From NCBI GenBank assembly GCA_052390375.1, contig JBQTHA010000002.1:1-61116 (forward strand): DNA of 61,116 nt. Direction: 5' to 3'. Each line of letters opens with the position of its first letter. Position 1 is the first letter of the stretch. A program made the position numbers and the translations under genes. The notes beneath the pieces were generated by a model. The model saw only the letters and a list, made by a program, of their open reading frames with translations. It made no database searches and had not been told where the DNA came from. Shown piece after piece: positions 45,384 to 54,417 of this stretch. The DNA comes from Nitrosopumilaceae archaeon. Lineage in GTDB: Archaea > Thermoproteota > Nitrososphaeria > Nitrososphaerales > Nitrosopumilaceae.

Positions 45384-46431
45384 AGAATTAATTATTTTGC
45401 CAAAGGTACCAAGGGCTCAGCTTGGTAAATTCTTAGCACAGCTAGAAAATGAGGGAATCAATATGATATACTTGGATCCAAAAAGTATTTCCAAAATCAA
45501 AACAAAACTTGCAACTGTCTATCCATCGAATAATGCAAAGTACGTAGTTTTAGATAAGGAATCATCAGCTAGACCAAAAGGAAAGAAAGTAGGTAGAAAA
45601 TTCAAAGTTTTATCAAACAAAGATATTGAAAAAATTCTAATTTCTGCAAAAAAAGGATTAGATTTCGTTATTGTTGAGGTAAAGGATTGGAAAATAATTC
45701 CGCTTGAGAATATCATAGCCAAATTACATAAAATTCATACCAGGATTTTTGCAGTTGCTAAAAATCCAGAAGAAGTTCGCAAGATGTTTTCCATTCTTGA
45801 GGTAGGAGTAGATGGAGTAATCTTTAACGCATCTTCAATTAGTGAGGTAGAAGAGGCACTTGTTTATCTTGGAAGCAGAAGTTTTGATCTTAAACCTGCA
45901 AAAATTATTGAGATAAAAGAGGTAGGAGATGGTGAAAGAGTTTGTGTTGATACTGCATCAATGTTACATCGAGGAGAAGGAATGCTAATTGGAAGTAGAT
46001 CAAACTTTATGTTTCTAGTTCATAATGAATCAGTTGGTTCATCATTTACCTCACCACGACCATTTAGAGTAAATGCTGGTGCAGTTCATTGCTATACACT
46101 TTCACCTGATGGCACAACAAATTATCTTTCAGAAATTGAGACTGGCTCTGAAGTTTTAGTACTTGATTCAAAAGGAAGAGCAAGAAGAGTAACTGTTGGT
46201 CGCTCAAAAATTGAAAGAAGACCAATGTTAATGATCAAGGCGCAATCAGGGGAGGAGATTGGTGGAATTATTGCACAGGATGCTGAAACCATTCGTTTTG
46301 TAAAGCCTGATGGCCATTTAGTATCTGTCACACATCTCAAAAAAGGAGATTCAGTTTTAGTTTACTCTAAAACTGCGTCAGGAAGACATTTTGGAATGGA
46401 AGTTTCAGATGAATATATCTTAGAAAAATAA
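45370..46431 (+). CDS. aroB': 3-dehydroquinate synthase type II (archaeal)
   Basis: 353 aa, positioned between ADH synthase and aroD with overlapping or abutting junctions. The call rests on size, context and the general family look. Confidence 0.78.
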   Translation: MPKNKELIILPKVPRAQLGKFLAQLENEGINMIYLDPKSISKIKTKLATVYPSNNAKYVVLDKESSARPKGKKVGRKFKVLSNKDIEKILISAKKGLDFVIVEVKDWKIIPLENIIAKLHKIHTRIFAVAKNPEEVRKMFSILEVGVDGVIFNASSISEVEEALVYLGSRSFDLKPAKIIEIKEVGDGERVCVDTASMLHRGEGMLIGSRSNFMFLVHNESVGSSFTSPRPFRVNAGAVHCYTLSPDGTTNYLSEIETGSEVLVLDSKGRARRVTVGRSKIERRPMLMIKAQSGEEIGGIIAQDAETIRFVKPDGHLVSVTHLKKGDSVLVYSKTASGRHFGMEVSDEYILEK

Positions 46432-46435
46432 AAAA

Positions 46436-47110
46436 ATGACTTACAAGACTTGTGTAACGATTGCAGAAAAAACTCCAAAAAAACTTGATTTAGTTCTTAA
46501 AAAGGCACTTAAAAAAACAGATTATGTAGAATTAAGGTTTGATTTTTTAAAACCTGCGCAAGTTCCTGATGCACTAGAATTAGTTAAAGAAAAGATGAGA
46601 AGATGTGTGTGTACCTTGAGACCATCTTCAGAGGGAGGAAAATTTCACGGAACTGAAAAAGAAAGAATTTCAATTCTGAAGCTAATAGCAGAGTATCGTC
46701 CCTTTCTCTTGGATGTAGAGTTTAATACTCTAAGAAAAAACAAAATGTTCCATAATTATATTATAAAGACAAAGACGGATGTTTTGGTTTCATGGCATGA
46801 TTTTAAAAATACACCTGATGTATATTCCTTGAAAAAAATGTTCAAACAAATGAGAAAATTCTCAAAACATATCAAAATCGTGACTAGTGCAAAAACTCAG
46901 AACGATTCCTCAAACATACTTTCTCTATACAACAATTCTGATAAGACAAGTCTAATTGCGTTTGCAATGGGAGATTATGGGAAAATGTCACGTATTCTTT
47001 GTCTTTATCTTGGCGCACCTTTTACTTATGTGTCACTTGGCAAACCTATTGCACCTGGACAATTCAGTTTAGACCAGATAAAAAGAATCGTTGGTGCTAG
47101 AAAAAAATAG
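46436..47110 (+). CDS. aroD: 3-dehydroquinate dehydratase, type I
   Basis: ..DYVELRFDFL.. motif; 224 aa; pathway context. Confidence 0.85.
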   Translation: MTYKTCVTIAEKTPKKLDLVLKKALKKTDYVELRFDFLKPAQVPDALELVKEKMRRCVCTLRPSSEGGKFHGTEKERISILKLIAEYRPFLLDVEFNTLRKNKMFHNYIIKTKTDVLVSWHDFKNTPDVYSLKKMFKQMRKFSKHIKIVTSAKTQNDSSNILSLYNNSDKTSLIAFAMGDYGKMSRILCLYLGAPFTYVSLGKPIAPGQFSLDQIKRIVGARKK

Positions 47111-47328
47111 CAAAAATTTTGTCACAGGGTTCTCATTTAGAATGATTTAGAATAGATGAGGGAGTTATTCTTCTGTTTGAAACGAAGCGATACTCCACTC
47201 GGGTATGATGCTGGAGGGATATCCTGCACCAAGTATTTTATTCATTTTATGAATATGGTACTGTGTTTGTTACAAAGAACAAACTAATTCATTTTAATGA
47301 AAAGTGTATACTATCTGTGTGGTATGAT

Positions 47329-47529
47329 ATGAAAGGGATTAGCATACTAGTCGCATTGGCCATAGTTTCTGGGATAGTTCTAAGTCAGGAAGCGTTTGCA
47401 GATTCTGATCCGCCAACAAAGAATGAAAAACAATTCATGTCAAGTCTATATTTAGTAGGATTTGTTGTGATATACGGTGGAGTGATTTATCTGCGCAAAT
47501 CAATGGAAGTTAAATCAACGCCTAAATGA
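47329..47529 (+). CDS. Small secreted or membrane protein, hypothetical
   Basis: MKGISILVALAIVSGIVLSQEAFA signal-like N-terminus plus one TM helix. The ATG at 47329 is preferred over the GTG at 47263. Confidence 0.45.
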   Translation: MKGISILVALAIVSGIVLSQEAFADSDPPTKNEKQFMSSLYLVGFVVIYGGVIYLRKSMEVKSTPK

Positions 47530-47716
47530 GATTAATACTAGAATCCAATGAACCACTTTGCGAACCAATAGTAACTAGAAATAAAGTTGCCACTATAGGA
47601 CTACTCTCCGTTTCTTGTTAATTTTAGCCTTAATTCCTAACGAGTAGAAGAGAAAGAGGGTTTTGAATATTGCAGACATTTTAGGCTTATATCATTCATC
47701 AAATTGAAAAAACTAG

Positions 47717-48538
47717 ATGACTAAAACATATGCAGTAATTGGAGATCCTATTGATCAGTCTTTATCTCCTAACATTCACAATGCTGCCTTCAAAAAACTA
47801 GGGATGGATTGCACTTACATAGCATATAGGGTTCCAAAAGGGGAGCTGGCAGCGGGAGTAGAGTCGTTAAAAAAAATTAAGATTAGTGGATTTAATGTTA
47901 CAATTCCTCACAAAATAGCTATGATTAAATTTCTTGATACAGTTGATGAGACTTGCAGTATTATTGGTGCTACAAATACAGTTTCAAACGATGAGGGAAA
48001 GCTTCGAGGATATAATACAGATATGGAAGGATTTCTTGATCCAATCAAGAAGCGAAACATCCCCATTAAAGACTCGAATGTATTGTTGATTGGAGCAGGC
48101 GGAGCTGCACGAGCTATTACTGCTGGCTTTGCAAAAGAAAAGGCTAGAAAAATTACTATTGCAAATAGCACATTACAAAACGCAAACGCACTTGCCCAAT
48201 TTGCACACAAGATAGGTATTGATGCTAATGCAGTAGCATTAGATCAAGTTGGAGAAACTGCATCAGATTATAACTTTATTGTAAATGCTACATCTATTGG
48301 TATGAAAAGTGAGCCAAGCCCCATTTCAACAAAAACCATCAATGAAAAATCAGTAGTGTATGATATAATATCCAAACCAATTAACACAGATTTAATTCAG
48401 CAATCCAAAAAAAATGGTGCAACAATAATTTATGGATATGAAATGTTACTTGGTCAAGCGGCTCTAGCCTTTAAGATATGGCATGGAATAGATGCACCTT
48501 ATGAAGTAATGAAAAAATCAATCTTAGGGATGTTTTGA
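47717..48538 (+). CDS. aroE: Shikimate dehydrogenase
   Basis: GDPIDQSLSPNIHNAAF and GAGGAARA motifs. Confidence 0.93.
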   Translation: MTKTYAVIGDPIDQSLSPNIHNAAFKKLGMDCTYIAYRVPKGELAAGVESLKKIKISGFNVTIPHKIAMIKFLDTVDETCSIIGATNTVSNDEGKLRGYNTDMEGFLDPIKKRNIPIKDSNVLLIGAGGAARAITAGFAKEKARKITIANSTLQNANALAQFAHKIGIDANAVALDQVGETASDYNFIVNATSIGMKSEPSPISTKTINEKSVVYDIISKPINTDLIQQSKKNGATIIYGYEMLLGQAALAFKIWHGIDAPYEVMKKSILGMF

Positions 48539-49392
48539 TGGCTCAAGCTCAAGCAACATTACATGGGGCAATTTCAATAGTAAATGCAATAGCAACAGGA
48601 AAGGGTGCAACCCTTGGGGTATCGCTAAAAACTAGTGCATTACTTGAGACATCGCCAGGAAATGGTATTTTTATTGAATCAAGAAATAAGTCAATTAGTT
48701 CACGTTTAATTAACAAGGTAATTCAAAAAGTTATTCCAAAAAATGATCTTGAAAATACAAAGATTCAGATTTCATTACAGTCAGAAATTCCAACTGGATA
48801 TGGATTGAAAAGTTCAAGTGCAATCTCTTCTGCAGTTGCATTGGCATGTGCAAAATTATTTAGACCAAAATGGAATGACTCACAAATTCTACTTGCAGGT
48901 GTAGATGCATCAATTGAAAGTAGAGTTAGCATAACAGGAGCTTACGATGATGCTTGTGGTTGTTATTATGGAGGATTTGCAGTAACAGAGAATTACAAAA
49001 GAAAGATAGTAAAATTAGAAAAAGGTCCAAGAAACGTAGTGGCTGTAATTTTTATTCCAAAATCCAGAAAACGTGGGAATGTAAAAAATCTAAAGAATCT
49101 TAGCCCAATTTTTGAACAAGCGTGGAGTCTTGCTAGAAATTCTGATTATTGGAACGCGATGATACTAAACGGAATGGCAACTTCGACTATCCTGAATTCG
49201 GATCCTAAACTTATTTCTAATTTAATCGAGAATGGTGCGCTTGGCGCCTCAGTATCAGGAAATGGTCCAGCAATTGTAGCCATTTCAAAAAAAGAAAATG
49301 TACCAAATATAAAGAAGGTTTTTTCAAACCTTGCCGGAACAACAATAATTTCTGAGATCAATAACAAAAAGGCGGAAGTTTATGAGCTGTAA
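48535..49392 (+). CDS. aroK: Shikimate kinase, archaeal GHMP-kinase type
   Basis: GHMP motif PTGYGLKSSSAISSAV; 285 aa; overlaps aroE by 4 nt. Confidence 0.85.
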   Translation: MMAQAQATLHGAISIVNAIATGKGATLGVSLKTSALLETSPGNGIFIESRNKSISSRLINKVIQKVIPKNDLENTKIQISLQSEIPTGYGLKSSSAISSAVALACAKLFRPKWNDSQILLAGVDASIESRVSITGAYDDACGCYYGGFAVTENYKRKIVKLEKGPRNVVAVIFIPKSRKRGNVKNLKNLSPIFEQAWSLARNSDYWNAMILNGMATSTILNSDPKLISNLIENGALGASVSGNGPAIVAISKKENVPNIKKVFSNLAGTTIISEINNKKAEVYEL

Positions 49393-50653
49393 GATAGAAA
49401 AAACAAAACTCTATGGAAAAATCGTTTGCCCCCCAAACAAAAGCTATACCCACAGAGCAATTATGTTAGCATCACTAGCTGGAGGAAAAAGCATTATCAA
49501 AAATGTTCTTCGGGCTAGTGACACAGATGCAACAATTGAAGCATGTAAAAGATTTGGTGCACAGATTAAAGAAGATGGAGATAGTTTAACTATAGAAGGG
49601 ATAAAGGAATTCAAAAACCAGAACATCGTAATTGATGCGAAGAATTCTGGAACAACAATTAGAATTGCAGCTGCAATAGCATCCTTGTCTGCAGGAAAAA
49701 CTGTTCTTTCTGGTGATGAAAGCCTTAGAAAAAGACCAATGCAGCCATTACTTGATGCTTTAGAATCCATCGGTGCAAAGTGCGCCTCAGCTGATGGAAA
49801 ACCTCCCATCACAGTTTTGGGCACCGTAAAGGGAGGAGAAGTAAACATTCCAGGAAATATTTCAAGTCAATTCGTTACAGCGCTTATGATAATTGCACCA
49901 AGAACAGAAAAAGGACTAGTTTTGAATATTAAAGAAGACTTGGTATCAAAGCCATATCTTGATGCCACTATTAACATAATGGAAAAATTTAGTGCTAAAG
50001 TGGACACTATCATACCATACAAAAAATATCAAATTGCCCCACAAGATTACAAACCAACCGAAGTGACAATTCCTACTGATTTTTCTAGCCTTGCGCTATT
50101 ACTTTCTGCAGCTGTGTTACTTGGAGACAAAGTAACATGTGAAATGATGAAAGGCGATTTACCTCAGGGAGATGAAAAAATAATAGACATTTTAGAAGAT
50201 TTGGGGGTAGTTGTTACTTTGAGTAAAAATACTATTACTGTAAAATCCCCAGAACTACTAGAAGGTGGCAAATTTGATCTTATTGATACACCAGATCTTC
50301 TTCCTCCTCTTGCAATTTTAGTACTAAAATCCTCAAAACCTATTGAACTTTACAATGTGAAACATGCAAGATACAAGGAAACAGATAGAATTGCTACTCT
50401 GGGAAGAGAGCTGCAAAAGTTAGGAGTGAAGGTAAAAGAAAAAGAAGATGGATTAATACTAGAAGCTCCTGATACCCCAAAGGGAGCAGAATTGAATTCT
50501 GAAAATGATCATCGATTGTTTATGGCGTTTTGTATTGCAGGAATGTTTGTAGGAGATTGTACAGTTACAAATCCTGAATCAGTAGCAATATCTTATCCCA
50601 ATTTCATTTCTGACATGAATAAAGTGGGCGGAAAGATAAAATCTAATCTATAA
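49382..50653 (+). CDS. aroA: 3-phosphoshikimate 1-carboxyvinyltransferase (EPSP synthase)
   Basis: ..PNKSYTHRA.., ..NSGTTIR.. motifs; 423 aa. Confidence 0.93.
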   Translation: MSCKIEKTKLYGKIVCPPNKSYTHRAIMLASLAGGKSIIKNVLRASDTDATIEACKRFGAQIKEDGDSLTIEGIKEFKNQNIVIDAKNSGTTIRIAAAIASLSAGKTVLSGDESLRKRPMQPLLDALESIGAKCASADGKPPITVLGTVKGGEVNIPGNISSQFVTALMIIAPRTEKGLVLNIKEDLVSKPYLDATINIMEKFSAKVDTIIPYKKYQIAPQDYKPTEVTIPTDFSSLALLLSAAVLLGDKVTCEMMKGDLPQGDEKIIDILEDLGVVVTLSKNTITVKSPELLEGGKFDLIDTPDLLPPLAILVLKSSKPIELYNVKHARYKETDRIATLGRELQKLGVKVKEKEDGLILEAPDTPKGAELNSENDHRLFMAFCIAGMFVGDCTVTNPESVAISYPNFISDMNKVGGKIKSNL

Positions 50654-50686
50654 GGATTATAAGCATCATTTTGGTATTCTCCGTTA

Positions 50687-51781
50687 TTGCCAGGAAGTTC
50701 TATTGGTCAAAGATTAGTACTCACAAGTTTTGGTGAAAGTCATGGAAAATGTGTAGGTGCAGTGCTAGATGGATGTCCTGCAGGATTGGAGCTTGAAGAA
50801 AAAGATATTCAAAAGATGCTTGATTACAGAAGACCAGGACAGTCGCAAGTTTCTACGCAAAGAAAGGAAGAAGACAAAGTAGAGATAATCTCTGGAGTGT
50901 TTAGGGGTTACACCACAGGAGCACCTATTGCAATGATCATCTGGAACAAAGACCAAGACTCTAGAGCTTACGAAAATCTTACAACTAAAATGAGACCAGG
51001 ACATTCTGATTATCCCGCTCTAGTCAAATACAAAAAATTCAATGATTATCGCGGGGGAGGTAGATTCTCAGGCAGATTAACTGCTACCCATGTACTTGGT
51101 GGAGCAATTGCCAGAAAGCTGCTAAAGGTAACCTTGGGGGTGGACACCAATGCGTACACCTTACAAATTGGTAAAATCAAGATAAAAAATCACCCCACAT
51201 TAAAAATGATAAAATCAATTTATGCAAATGAAGTTAGATGTCCTGATAAAAATTCTGCAAAACTTATGAAAAAGGCTATTCTTGACGCAAGAAAAAATGG
51301 GGACTCACTTGGTGGAATAATTGAATCGGTGACTACAAATTTGCCAGTTGGTCTTGGTGATCCAATTTTTAGTTCATTAGAATCAGACCTAGCAAAGGCG
51401 CTTTACTCAATCCCATCTGTAAAGGGAGTGGAATTTGGTTCTGGTTTTGCAGGTTCCGAAAGTTTTGGTTCTAAAAATAACGATCTGTATACCATAAAGA
51501 AAGGCAAAATCGTTACAAAAACCAATAATTCAGGAGGGATATTAGGAGGCCTATCAAATGGGATGCCTATTGTCCTACGAGTTGCTTTTAAACCAGCCTC
51601 GTCAATATCAAAAAAACAAAGCACTATAGACATTAAAACAAAAAAACCAACATCATTGAAAGTTGAGGGGAGACATGATCCCTGTGTTGTACCACGTGCT
51701 CCACCAGTAGTAGATGCTTTTGTATCATTGGTGTTAGCAGATCATGCCTTGGTGAGTGGATTCATAAAACCTGTTATTTAA
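50687..51781 (+). CDS. aroC: Chorismate synthase
   Basis: ..TSFGESHG.. and ..GRHDPCVVPRA.. motifs; TTG start. Confidence 0.93.
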   Translation: MPGSSIGQRLVLTSFGESHGKCVGAVLDGCPAGLELEEKDIQKMLDYRRPGQSQVSTQRKEEDKVEIISGVFRGYTTGAPIAMIIWNKDQDSRAYENLTTKMRPGHSDYPALVKYKKFNDYRGGGRFSGRLTATHVLGGAIARKLLKVTLGVDTNAYTLQIGKIKIKNHPTLKMIKSIYANEVRCPDKNSAKLMKKAILDARKNGDSLGGIIESVTTNLPVGLGDPIFSSLESDLAKALYSIPSVKGVEFGSGFAGSESFGSKNNDLYTIKKGKIVTKTNNSGGILGGLSNGMPIVLRVAFKPASSISKKQSTIDIKTKKPTSLKVEGRHDPCVVPRAPPVVDAFVSLVLADHALVSGFIKPVI

Positions 51782-51785
51782 TGCC

Positions 51786-53156
51786 ATGTCAGATATAGAT
51801 AATCTCCGAGATAAAATCGATGAGATCACACTTGAAATGATTAATTTATTAAAGAAGAGAACAGAAATTGTAAAAAAAATTGGAACAATAAAAAAAGATC
51901 TTGGTTTGAGTGTAACAGATGAAAAAAGAGAAGAGACTCTTCGTTCAAAAGTTATTTCCTTATGCACAGAAATTGATATTGATGAAGGTATTGGTGCTAG
52001 ATTTCTTAATTTTTTATTAAATGAGTCAATCAAAGTACAAACAACAAACAAACAAACGCATCTTTCAATTTTTTTAAAAGCAAAATCTCTGGAACAGCAG
52101 GGAAAAAAAATTATTCACATGGAAGTAGGTGAACCAGATTTTCTTCCACCAAAAATTGTCAAGGATGCATTAGAAGAAGTCTATGACAAGGGATTTGTAA
52201 AATATGGACAGGTAAAAGGTATGCCAGAATTTCGATCAGCTCTTGCAAAAAAAACTAGCGAACAGTATGGTATTGATTCAAAACAAGAAAACATTATCGT
52301 GTGTCCTGGAGCAAGATACGCAGTTTACTTGGCCATTACAACCCTTCTTAATCCGGGAGATGAGATAATTGTATTTGAACCAGCCTGGCCTGCCTACAAA
52401 GATTGTGCAGTAAATGCAGGAATCAAAGTAAGAACAATTAAAACTACACTTGAAAATAGTTGGGAACCATCAATAGACCAAATCAAAGAAGCAATAAACT
52501 CCAATACCAAAATGATTGTCCTAAACTATCCCAATAATCCCACAGGAAAAATATTGCCAAAAAAAATTCAAGATCAAATATTGGAGATTGTAAAAGAGCA
52601 TAACCTCTATGTGTTAAGCGATGAAATATACGCACAGTATTCCTATGTGGATTGGAAAAGTATACTCAAATATAATTACGAAAAATCCATAGTCACCCAA
52701 TCCTTTTCAAAATCACATGCAATGACTGGGTTTAGGATTGGCTACGCTATCGCAAACCCAAAAATTATTGAAAAAATGGCAAAACTTCAAGCGATTTGCC
52801 TAACCAATGTATCTGAACCTATTCAATATGTTGCCTTAAGAGCCCTAGAAGCAGATACAACCAACAATTCTAATATCGTAAAATCTAGACTAGATATTGT
52901 GATTCAAAAAGCTAACGAGATAAAACTTGATTTTATCAAACCAGATGGAGCAATGTATCTTTTTGCAAGAGTAAAAAAAGAGGGTTTTGATGGAGTTGAA
53001 TTTTCAAATAAATTATTAGATCATGGACTTGCTGTTGCTCCAGGGGAAGGTTTTGGGGATTTCAAAGATTTTATTAGAATTTCTGCATGTCAAGATGAAA
53101 AGAAAATTGTTGAAGGAATGAACATACTTGGTGATGTTCTAAAGGAAAGAAAATGA
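51786..53156 (+). CDS. Fusion protein: AroQ-type chorismate mutase (N-terminal approximately 90 aa) plus class I aminotransferase
   Basis: N-terminus LRDKIDEITLEMINLLKKRTEIVKKIGTIKK..DEKREETL..FLNFLLNESIKVQ is AroQ-like. The remainder carries NYPNNPTG and the PLP-lysine motif SFSKSHAMTGFRIGY. Confidence 0.85.
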   Translation: MSDIDNLRDKIDEITLEMINLLKKRTEIVKKIGTIKKDLGLSVTDEKREETLRSKVISLCTEIDIDEGIGARFLNFLLNESIKVQTTNKQTHLSIFLKAKSLEQQGKKIIHMEVGEPDFLPPKIVKDALEEVYDKGFVKYGQVKGMPEFRSALAKKTSEQYGIDSKQENIIVCPGARYAVYLAITTLLNPGDEIIVFEPAWPAYKDCAVNAGIKVRTIKTTLENSWEPSIDQIKEAINSNTKMIVLNYPNNPTGKILPKKIQDQILEIVKEHNLYVLSDEIYAQYSYVDWKSILKYNYEKSIVTQSFSKSHAMTGFRIGYAIANPKIIEKMAKLQAICLTNVSEPIQYVALRALEADTTNNSNIVKSRLDIVIQKANEIKLDFIKPDGAMYLFARVKKEGFDGVEFSNKLLDHGLAVAPGEGFGDFKDFIRISACQDEKKIVEGMNILGDVLKERK

Positions 53157-54010
53157 AAATAGTAATTGCAATAATTGGTGTAGGAGGTAAAATGGGAGAA
53201 TGGTTTGCAAATTATTTTCTTGAAAATGATTTTGAAGTAATTGGGTATGATTCTGAAAACGAAATAAAAACAAAATCAGTAATCAAAGCAAATTCTCTTG
53301 TTGTGGGAGTTTTAAAGGCTGAATATGTACTACTTTGTACTCCTACTAGGAGAACTCCAGAAATTATTCGCCTTATTGCTAAAGAAATGAAAAGAGGATC
53401 ATATCTTATTGAAATTTCTTCACAAAAATCTAAGACAGCTGTTGCACTTGCTAAAATGCCATCAAAAGTAAATCCAATTTGCATTCATCCCATGTTTGGG
53501 CCAGGAATAAAAAAAATCCACGGACAACATGTTATCTCGATTCCTATAAAAGATGCAAAAAAGGAATTGTCTGTTGCTAAATCACTTTTTCCAGATGCCA
53601 ATTTTGTTACAATTGATGCAATAGAACACGATAAAAAAATTGCAGTTATTCTAGGATTGACTCATCTCATCAACCTTGCATTTGCAAATATATTGTCTAA
53701 AGATGACAAGATTTCACTTACCGAAAAAATGTCTGGCACTACCTTCAAAGCTCAGAAAATTCTAACCGAAAGCATTATGACAGAATCACCAGAATTAATT
53801 GAAACCATTATTTCAAATCCAGAGATCAGAAGAGTCGCTGAAGAATTTTGGAAAGATATTGGCCGATTATTAACTTCAGTTCAGGAAGGCAAATCCGAAG
53901 AGATTCTAACATATATTAGATCTACCCAAGAAAGATTGGGAAAAAATTCCGACCTAGAAGGAGCATATAAAAAATTAACAACGATGGTAAACTCTATTGA
54001 AAAGAAATAA
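53153..54010 (+). CDS. tyrA: Prephenate dehydrogenase
   Basis: Rossmann motif IAIIGVGGKMG; 285 aa; pathway context; 4-nt overlap with the upstream gene. Confidence 0.85.
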   Translation: MKIVIAIIGVGGKMGEWFANYFLENDFEVIGYDSENEIKTKSVIKANSLVVGVLKAEYVLLCTPTRRTPEIIRLIAKEMKRGSYLIEISSQKSKTAVALAKMPSKVNPICIHPMFGPGIKKIHGQHVISIPIKDAKKELSVAKSLFPDANFVTIDAIEHDKKIAVILGLTHLINLAFANILSKDDKISLTEKMSGTTFKAQKILTESIMTESPELIETIISNPEIRRVAEEFWKDIGRLLTSVQEGKSEEILTYIRSTQERLGKNSDLEGAYKKLTTMVNSIEKK

Positions 54011-54417
54011 TGACGCGTGCAACAAAAATCATTACTTGTTTTCTTAGAAACGAAGATAAAATCTTAATTTTAAAAAGAAGTGAAAAAGTCAAAAGTATGA
54101 AAGGCTTGTGGGCAGGAATAAGTGGAATTATAGAAAAAAACGAATCTCCTCTTTCAAGAGCAAAAATTGAGATATTTGAAGAACTCGGAATTAATCATGA
54201 ACAAATAGAATTGGTAAAGGAAGCTGAGGAAATGAGAATATTATCACCGCAATATGAAGACCATGAATGGGAGGTCTATCCTTTTTTGTTTAATGTAGAA
54301 AATCCCAAGATTAAGCTGAATTGGGAAAATTCAGAATACAAATGGATAAAGGCAGAAGAAATCTCACATTTTAAAACGGTTCCTAGTTTAGAGAAAGTTC
54401 TATTCAATCTTCTGTAG
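54010..54417 (+). CDS. NUDIX hydrolase
   Basis: Nudix-box-like GIIEKNESPLSRAKIEIFEELGI; 1-nt overlap with the tyrA stop. Confidence 0.8.
   Translation: MTRATKIITCFLRNEDKILILKRSEKVKSMKGLWAGISGIIEKNESPLSRAKIEIFEELGINHEQIELVKEAEEMRILSPQYEDHEWEVYPFLFNVENPKIKLNWENSEYKWIKAEEISHFKTVPSLEKVLFNLL

Noticed and set aside
47140-47240. Possible C/D-box sRNA (AGATGAG..CTGT....ATGATGC..CTGC)
   Set aside because: Both D-like boxes deviate from CUGA, the C box deviates at position 2, and the D'-C' spacer of about 28 nt is far too long. The pattern is not convincing by eye.
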